A stretch of DNA of 64,000 bases from Ramazzottius varieornatus (lineage: Eukaryota; Animalia; Tardigrada): contig BDGG01000004.1 of NCBI GenBank assembly GCA_001949185.1, positions 4,187,777 to 4,251,776 on the forward strand. Reading direction: 5' to 3'. Positions 56,680 to 64,000 of this stretch are shown one piece after another. Below the pieces are notes generated by a model. It searched no databases. It was not told the DNA's origin and saw only the letters and a program-made list of their open reading frames with translations. The position numbers and the translations under genes were made by a program. Each line of letters opens with the position of its first letter. Position 1 is the first letter of the stretch.

Positions 56680-59600
56680 TTACGGTTCATCTTGCTCAGC
56701 AAAAGCCGATCGTTCACCATTGTGCATATTTTCGATCGACCTAATAGTCTTCATCAAGGCAGTCAGCGAAGCAGCCAGCTTGGTCGCTTCAGACATCAGT
56801 AGCTTCACCGCCGGATCATGTAAGCTGTTCTCCGACATGGGCACATGGTTAGAGTTTGGTGGACGGAATGCAGTTTGGATAGTGCTACGAAAGGCCACTG
56901 CTACCAGCAGGATACCTTCAACCAGTTTACCGGCATCTGCCACCGTCGGTGAGTACCGGGCAACCAGCGTGGCGGAATGGAACATCATGCCTATCAGGTC
57001 CGTGCACTTAACCAGGCTGTCATGGAACAGAACATGCTTGTGGCTGTGGTTCGACAAGGAAGTCGGGCGACTTCCTGGCGTCCTCACAGTCTCACCTTCC
57101 CCTTCAGCAACGGAGAAGGCTTGTGGATCGCTAAGCATGACTGTGGCGCTCTTGACAAACGACTTGGATGCCGTGACGAACCTCCTCGCTTCCGCGATCA
57201 GTTCTTCCTTAGCCAGTCTCATGTTGGTCAAGTTCGGCCTGATGGAATCAGGTCTTGATATCGAATCCAACGTCCAGTCAATCTCGGAGATGATATTGGA
57301 GACTCGTTCGATCACTTCCGCGTCGGTCTCGTACTGTCTATGTGAAGAACTTCGGGGACTAGAGTTGCTTTGGATGTCCACGCGGGTTATCCCAGATGGA
57401 CCGGAGACGGCTGTCCGGCTGCTATTGTTTCCAGGTGGGGACAGGTCCTCTTCCTCGTCGTCCAAGCCATTGGTTAGACCTTCGTTGCCTTCGGGGTTCT
57501 GGGCCCGGGTGGCGGCAAGTCGTTTCCGGAGTTTCTCGCGGGCAGGAGGTCGAGTGCGAGGGCGGTATTTTAGTTGGCTGGATGATGGTTTGGTGCTGGG
57601 ACCGAAGGGAAGAGTGGCATTGGGGTGGACACCACCGACACGCGGAGGCTTGTTGTTGGCTCGGCAATTGAGTACGGGGTTCTTTCTCCACATCACCGGC
57701 GTGTTTTCTTCGGATGCGGAGGGTGTTGTGGAGACCAGGTCCGATTCGCTGCTGTGAGTTCCCTTCCTCACTGCAACACATGAAAATGAAAATGGGCTGT
57801 ATAAAATCAAACCACGACAGATGGGCATAACATAATCATCACAAATTTCTCGTAAAAAAAACTTACTATCGATGACCCAGAGATGAAGTAAAAACGTTCT
57901 TGGAAAATTGTTACAGTGATTGTCAGTTACCAAGCTCTAGACTCTAGGTAAGCAAGACGTGGAAAAGGCCCCCAGAAAATCGAGAAAACTTTTTGGGGAC
58001 GACTGTTGTTCCCGTTCTCACTTGCCTGCAATTTCCGTCAACTGCGCGTTGATTTCTGCCACACAGTCTTTGAAGGCTTCACTTTGGTCCACATGACTGT
58101 TCTTATTCCGCGTACTTGGTGAGTTGCTCTTACTCCTCTCTAAAGACTTGTTACGAGGCGGCGGAGGTGGTGGAATGATTTTAGGCTTTGGTGGTAGTGG
58201 CGGCTTCACTGCGAATGGTCCGTGACCGTTGGTCGGAGACTCCGGAGACCCATTAAGCTTGACGCTGACGGTAGACCGACGTTCCGAACTGTTAGAGGTT
58301 GTGGCGCTGACGGGCGGATGTCCAGGTGGCGGTGGAATGACCAACATACGAATGTCTTCACTGGTCACTCGGTGCATGCGAGGCCGCTCGTCTTCCGGGT
58401 CGGGCACCGTCATCGCGTCGATGAAGGAGTTGAGCTCGTTGAGGGCCTCGTCCAGACTTGCGCGGGAGTTTTGCGTCATGGACCGAAGGACGTGCTCCGG
58501 AGGTGGCGGTGGGAATGCATCTGCAGAAAAATAGCGGTCGTCTGATTGGTTTTGTGCAATGGTTCTGTCAATGATGAATCGAGAGATGGCAGCTCGGTAC
58601 ATAAAACCAGCAAGAGTGTTTTGCCAAGTCACGCACGTTTTCAATGTTAGTGGCTGAAGAATGCGCCACTTGGACAAACGACATGATCGAGCCTGTTGTT
58701 TATCCAAGTGGCGCAGAGGTGTTCCTAGTTGGCGGACGCTACCAGCCGATAACACCGAAAACGTGCGCCACTTTGGAAACAGTCTTGTTGAGTTGTTTGT
58801 CGAGCTTCCAAATGGAAATTGAAGCGATAATGGATTTTAATTAGCTAAACGAAATTTATGTAACGGGGTTAAGATGATGGAGGACGTTATTGCACAAACC
58901 TTCTTCAATGCCGGGAAGTGCCTGGAAGGGTTCGCGATCTGACGGGCCGTCATGCCCTGGAAAGGGAATGAGTGGATCGCGGAAGGGAGTTGGCGGCACT
59001 TCAATGACATCTGAATAGACCATGGGATCTTCATTGGTGTAGAGTTCGGGAATGGGTATTTGACACAAGTCGATGATATCGGGATCGAGATACAATGAGC
59101 TGGCGGTCTGCCGTTGATCCAAGCGAGTGGCCGCCCTGTTCATCTCCATCTCGGTAACGTTATCAATGTAGACGTGAATGCCATCGTTATTGAATTTGCC
59201 CACGTCTTCCGGGCTGTGAAGGCCGAAACTGGAGCCACTTCGGAAGAGGGAAGATGGCGGGTTGGTGACACGATGCTTGGTGGTGTTAGCTTTGTGGACC
59301 GGGCTCTCGGTGGGTGTGGTGCTCAAGCTATCGGTTTCCTCACTGTCGGACGGAAGGTCCAACTTGTCTTCGCCCCACAACATTTTCCCACCATTGGGCG
59401 AGGAAGGCGTCTGTAAGCGCGAAAGCTGAGCTGCCAACTCAGCTGTCGAATTACTCCGCGAGGTTGTCACTCGCTTAACTAAATCCGGCGTGATGGTTGT
59501 GGTGTTTTCCTGTCCGGTTAGACTGCCGCGAGGAGAAGCAGCCGATACTCGCTCCAAATTGTCGGAAGGGTTCGGGCGGTATCGGATTACTTCAGACTCT

Positions 59601-62600
59601 AATACTGCAATACGAACCACTGATCAAAGAACGAAACTAACTGAGAATTAACCATTCTGAAGAGAATGTTGAGAACTCTGAAGCAGAAAAAACGTAGAAA
59701 AATCCCCAAACGAATTTTCGTCTCTGATAGTTGTGCCAGGAATTTTGATCGGACGTAGAGCGTAGTGAAAATTCATTAATGTCACCTATCGAAATTCTAT
59801 TACGATATAAAATTTTATATAATCGGCTTGAAAACAAAACGCCAACAGTTACTCGTGATTTTTTCCCAGTAGATACTAAAGAGCGCACCTGTCCCGTTTC
59901 TCTCCTGAAGTGAGCGTCGAAGAGCCCGTTCTGCTACGGGTGTGTCCAGATCCGATGAGGTGGAGTCGTCGATAAAGCGCATATTACGGACAACATCAGG
60001 TGGCACCAGCGTTGATTTATCACCGGACAGATTAATTTCCACATGTGTTTGTGGCGAACTGTCGGCTGACGTCGATGTGACCGTAGTGATGGGAACGTTG
60101 GTTGCCGCGGCAGACGAGACAGTTTGAAGACTGTCGACAACTGCCTGCGCCGTCGTCGGTGATGACTGTAGGGTCGTCGACGAATGTGACTGCAATTGAC
60201 AGGAGTTTAGAATCCCGAGTGACGTAAAGAGTCAGACAGCACAGAGCAGCAGTTAATTACAAACTCCAGTAGTGGCCAGGGTTTTCTGAAAGTTAATCGG
60301 ACTTGATTGCATACTGTCCCCCGTCTTTCATAGAAGTGAAAGACGCCGGCCAAGTATATGCAGCCAACTTCAGTTGGAAGTCTTCCCCTTATGCCGTAAA
60401 CTAGCTTCCTTCTTCGTCAAGCCAAAAAGAACTGCCAGTTGTTTAAAGACCAACACACAGATTCGGTAAATGAAGACTGTAGCATTTCGGAGCTCAGAAA
60501 TAATTTCATAGGCACAAAAACCGCCGACACGTCTGAAATTCCGCCATTTTTCTACATTTTTTTCTTCTTCTGATGTTATAATACAGTCGAGAGAGTTCCG
60601 CTTGTATACTCGTACAGCATTTTGCGAAAGTGCGTACTCGGAAAGAAAGCTGTTGAAGAGGCTTACCTCGGTGAGATCTGCAGAAGGAAGTGGAGGTGAA
60701 GGAATACTGGCAAAGTTGACGATGTGTTCTTTCTGTGGCCTTGGAACGTCGTCGGGTAGTTGAAGGGCAACGGTCTTTAGTTCGGCCGGGTAACTCCAAG
60801 GCATTGAATAAACCACATGAGGTCCATAATAGGCGGGAGCTTCTGTCGAGAGAATAAAGAAAAGATTAAACTAAGCGGCAACAAGGCGCAACAACGAGCT
60901 TCCCCATGATCAATGTAGTAGAGTCTATTTACTCGTACCGCCGGGTGACTTATTATCCTCCTTGGCATCGTCAAGAACGAGGATGCGCAGCGGAGTACCC
61001 AGAAAGAGTTGATGGTAACCATTGAGCAATTGTGCTATATCGTCTAGATCATCACTACTCTCCATCTCGAAGCAGAATCTCTGCAACAGAGCAAGCAACA
61101 AAACTTGTCAGTGTACTTAGTTGTACAGCTGTGTAAAAAGTTATATTAGATGTTTTCTGTGGATGTGGGTACGTACTTCGTGAGGAGGCACTTTAACGTG
61201 CAGTTCGATGGAGTGGAATGCATCGGGAATATCCGCGGTTACAATCTCGCTTATTGACTCTAATTCTGTCAGCATGACAGGCTACGGAGCGGCAAAGAAG
61301 AAGGACCAAATGAGCGGCTTGGTTGGTATGTAGTCAAGTGGAAATCGATGGGCAAAAAATTGCAAACGAGGAAATCGATATACGATATACAGCAAGCTAA
61401 TATTCATCCGTCTGTCTGTATTCACAAAGTCTACACTTAACGCCCAACAGACAGCAAATGCACTTACCGATCCTGTCTTGGTCCCGCTTATTTGGGAAAC
61501 ACCAAACTTGGGTGATATCAGGATGAGCCCATCGTTTTTGGTTTCCTGTAATGCGAGAAGATGAGTGCCGGTTTTGTAAAAACGCTTGTCAATATGTATA
61601 AGAAAGACTTGCATAAGACGCTCTTACGGGAATTATGACATTAAAGCATCGTCCACCGAATGTGGGCAGCTCGCTGAGGATCTTCAGATACTGCACTTTG
61701 ACTTGCAGCTCACTGAGCTTCTTCTGACCCGGCGCAAGAAGCTGCTGGTTGTTGACTTTAATTAGATGAGATAACAGTCGACGAAGCTCCTTTGCCTTCA
61801 TAGCTTCCATTATGGATGGCGGAATAAATCTTTCCAAGCCGCATTCCTTCCTGCATGACAGAAGGGTCGTTAGTAAAGAAGCTTAGACTTTATGAATTTC
61901 TCATCACAACATTTGCCACACTAAAAATTTGCAAGATTTGGGTCTCGTCTTTCAATAAGCCGCTTAGGTTCATCGTCACATCTCTTCGAACTTACTCCAC
62001 TCTTTTCACTGACACTTTGGCGGCGGAAGTATTGCACAAGGAATGTTGCTGCATCTGTAGAGCGGCTAACCGCAGTGCCACGTCACAGCGAAGCTCCGTG
62101 GCGAAACGTTCATCTATCACGTCGTTACAGCACTACAAACACAAGAGGATCATCGACGGACATTTCACAAAACAGTTTTCAGCTTCACAAATAAAAATAC
62201 AGCCGTTCAGTACCGTAGGAATTTATGACTTGACTTACCTGCATGTAAAAATAGTCCAAGGCGATAGGATCCTTCCGTAACAACTCAAAGGCATCGCGAG
62301 GAATGAACGTAACTCGAAAAAGGCATCGAAGGTGCTGGGCGCCAGGACGAGCAGCAATCTGTAAGACCGGACAAAACTTGTGAACAACTTGTCCGGCTTA
62401 TAAGCGAGTACAGTTTCCAGCAAAGCGATGTCGTACCTTGGCTATAGTGTCATCGGGGCTCAATAATTTCACTTGGTTCTTCTTGATAGCCTTGACACTC
62501 TCAACAACCAAGGCAAAATGTTCTATGGCCACAATGGACAGCTTTTCCCGCAGCGACCCTATTACATCCTGCAAAAGAAGGTTCGCCAATTGAAACAGCA

Positions 62601-63826
62601 GAACTGGAAACCCCCAGAGGGCTGCACTGTCACCAGCGCTATATCGTTTCGGCACGTACCCTGACGGTCGTTTTGTTATCATATTTGAAAGACTTGGTTT
62701 GTCCGTTCTCCAAGAATACTTTGAGGACATTCGGAATGAAAGCGGAAGGTGGCATCTCTTGACTGGCGTCAGAGAAGACGTTACTGGGTCCGTTGATCAT
62801 GACGCCATCGGCGAACCGTACCCGCGAAGGCTTGCTTTTTAACTTGGCCTTCTTGGCGGCGCTCAGAAAAGCCGACTTCCGGCTCGCCTAAACAAGTCCA
62901 AATTGGTAGATATTGATATTCTTAGTTCGATGAAAAAGGCAAAGGTAGCGAACTGCACTTACATTATCACTTTGGGGCTGGCAGACCAACAGCGTCACCG
63001 TCTCTTTACATGCTCGGACGAGCTCTATCACATGGTCACGAGGTGCGCGTTCCACGTCCTCCCCATTGATCTTTAATATCTGATCGGAGGGTAGGAGTTT
63101 ACCGGCACTCGGTCCGTCTGGAAAGAAGGTGTCTACCGTCAACAGCAATCAAGTAAAAAGTCCCGACAAGCATCGATTTGACTTCCCCTTTCCAGTGAAA
63201 CTATGGATCGCTCAACGGGAAACCTACCTTCATTGACGAACCGTACTATCACCGGCTTCTCGCTGCCGGCCACAAAGCCGAACCCGATAGTCGAGTCCCG
63301 CTGTAGAGTGACTTCACGAGGAGTGGGAATGTCCTGTTCGGATTCATCATCGTTGTCACCTTGTAGGCGAGGATCGTCATAGGTGGTAAACTTATCGAGA
63401 TGACTGCAATAAAGTAGTGATATTTTGTAAGATAGGAAGATGATTTTGTAACATGTTCCTCGGAAGACTCCATGCTCATCTAGGCGGAAAATATGTATGA
63501 ACTGCCTTTCACCTCATTTGTGACTAGCACACTCGATTGAACCCATGTCTTACAAACTCGACCGCCATCTTGAATACGGTACGATCCGCGTTTTTCCCAA
63601 AATAACTTTTGATCGTGGTTCGTTACTTTCAAAAGAATCCGAGCGAGCATTCATCTGACTCAGCGAGGAACTAATCGCCTGGTATTGTCCCTGCATGAAG
63701 GCTTACTTGATGTAGTAAATTCTCCCCTGCTGGTCAACGGCACATTCCCATCCATACGGTAGCCTCCATTCACCGGCGTCCCAATTTTCCGTTGGAGGAA
63801 TCCATTGCGTAGTCTGCGTCGCATGA
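56680..63826 (-). CDS. FRMPD4: WW-PDZ-FERM protein, FRMPD4/Preso-like; 5' end lies beyond the window
   Basis: WW motifs ([11 protein letters not shown]; [26 protein letters not shown]); PDZ ([17 protein letters not shown]; [18 protein letters not shown]); FERM (region about 61.0-62.7 kb, [15 protein letters not shown]); [13 protein letters not shown]; Pro-rich region; C-terminal helical bundle ([20 protein letters not shown]). Confidence 0.9.
58603..58794. repeat. Tandem cluster (about 2.5 units) of the intronic palindromic element, FRMPD intron
   Basis: Unit 1 about 58603-58692; extra arm ttgtttatccaagtggcgca at 58696-58715; unit 2 about 58719-58794 ending cgtgcgccactttggaaacagtcttgttgagtt. 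Confidence 0.8.
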
Positions 63827-64000
63827 CTGTAAACACAAACCACTACATTAGCTGCTCGATCAATAAGAAGTCACAGAAAGAAACCATGTAATCGTAAACC
63901 CAACTTAGAACACCCAAACCGAATTTAAGATACCTCACAAATTTACGAGGCCGAACTGGAGCCCGTCTAATTATCTTCGGCATGACTACCCATAAAGGAA

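Noticed and set aside
56627-57757. 376-aa plus-strand ORF
   Set aside because: Antisense shadow of the last FRMPD exon; non-ATG start and no recognisable domain.
60261-60285. AG/GT-bounded 25-nt segment in a FRMPD intron as a microexon
   Set aside because: Length is not a multiple of three, so it would shift frame.

Overview
Compact, intron-rich animal genomic DNA (invertebrate; the gene density and short introns would fit a tardigrade-like genome, which I cannot confirm). Six spliced protein-coding genes: a Fat-like (FAT1/2/3, kugelei-type) giant cadherin (-), HECTD1 (+), a ZNF532/592/687-family zinc-finger gene (-), focal adhesion kinase (+), an MFSD6-like transporter (+), and a WW-PDZ-FERM protein (FRMPD4-like, -, 5' end beyond the window). 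Main observations: (1) a family of ~90-130 bp palindromes (core CAAGTGGCGCAC...GTGCGCCACTTG), found at seven intronic sites in five of the six genes, plus one deleted derivative; (2) a FAK with an intact kinase but the Y397-equivalent changed to Cys and no Src-SH3 docking motif; (3) two frame-preserving microexons in the Fat-like gene, one at the position of the vertebrate FAT1(+12) exon; (4) a 93-bp fold-back MITE with an 8-bp target-site duplication next to a CTCF-like motif in the Fat/HECTD1 divergent promoter; (5) a pre-miRNA-like hairpin in an MFSD6 intron. Exon structures were read by eye from splice signals and frame, so boundaries are provisional.
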